In this document: piece after piece, positions 31,956 through 32,000 of the stretch
How the letters are laid out: each line of letters opens with the position of its first letter
Position numbering within the stretch: the stretch's first letter is position 1
Notes under the pieces: model-generated
Database searches by the model: none
What the model was told of the DNA's origin: nothing
The model's input: only the letters and a program-made list of their open reading frames with translations
Assembly: GCA_014381785.1 (NCBI GenBank)
Contig: JACNKZ010000029.1
Span: forward strand, 55,107-87,106
Length of the DNA: 32,000 nucleotides
Direction of reading: 5' to 3'
Origin: Kiritimatiellota bacterium
GTDB taxonomy: Bacteria; Verrucomicrobiota; Kiritimatiellia; Kiritimatiellales; Tichowtungiaceae
Program-made: the position numbers and the translations under genes

Positions 31956-32000
31956 TTCAGAGAAGAGAAGGATAAGAGGCCCTTGTGCCGATGGGGTTGA

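Overview
GC-rich bacterial chromosomal segment. By eye GC is well above 50%, with a clearly AT-richer island at about 7.6-8.0 kb. Gene content and the style of the intergenic repeats suggest a PVC-superphylum organism (Kiritimatiellota, Verrucomicrobiota or Lentisphaerota-like). That is a guess from the sequence only. I found no rRNA, tRNA or CRISPR array by eye. Gene order: (1) 0.1-2.7 kb, a glycan-initiation module made of a small monotopic phosphoglycosyl transferase, a single-domain STAS protein and an unusual membrane fusion of degenerate nucleotidyltransferase, hexapeptide-repeat and PGT-like domains. (2) 2.9-7.5 kb, malic enzyme (minus strand), then homoserine dehydrogenase and aspartate kinase. 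(3) 7.5-8.2 kb, a low-GC GxxExxY (PD-(D/E)XK-like) gene bracketed by 22-bp direct and 19-bp inverted repeats. (4) 8.4-10.6 kb, a thioredoxin-fold lipoprotein plus DsbD. (5) 10.8-12.6 kb, a secreted seven-blade FG-GAP propeller/PKD protein. (6) 13-20.4 kb, cimA, valS, then lipA-GT2-membrane protein, then nfu. (7) 20.6-26.7 kb on the minus strand, an exopolysaccharide export operon: ExeA-like AAA ATPase, a Wzc-like co-polymerase with P-loop domain, and two tandem Wza-like OPX paralogues. (8) 26.9-31.8 kb, cvpA, dnaG, a response regulator with a C-terminal four-Cys module, and a hybrid PAS histidine kinase. The most unusual items are the PGT/STAS/pseudo-enzyme trio, the repeat-bracketed GxxExxY cassette, the Cys4-tailed response regulator, decayed copies of gene 3' ends, and several families of short 'word' repeats (tandem or inverted 7-9-mers) that occupy most of the longer intergenic spacers. 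All functional calls come from motif recognition by eye. No database search was run.
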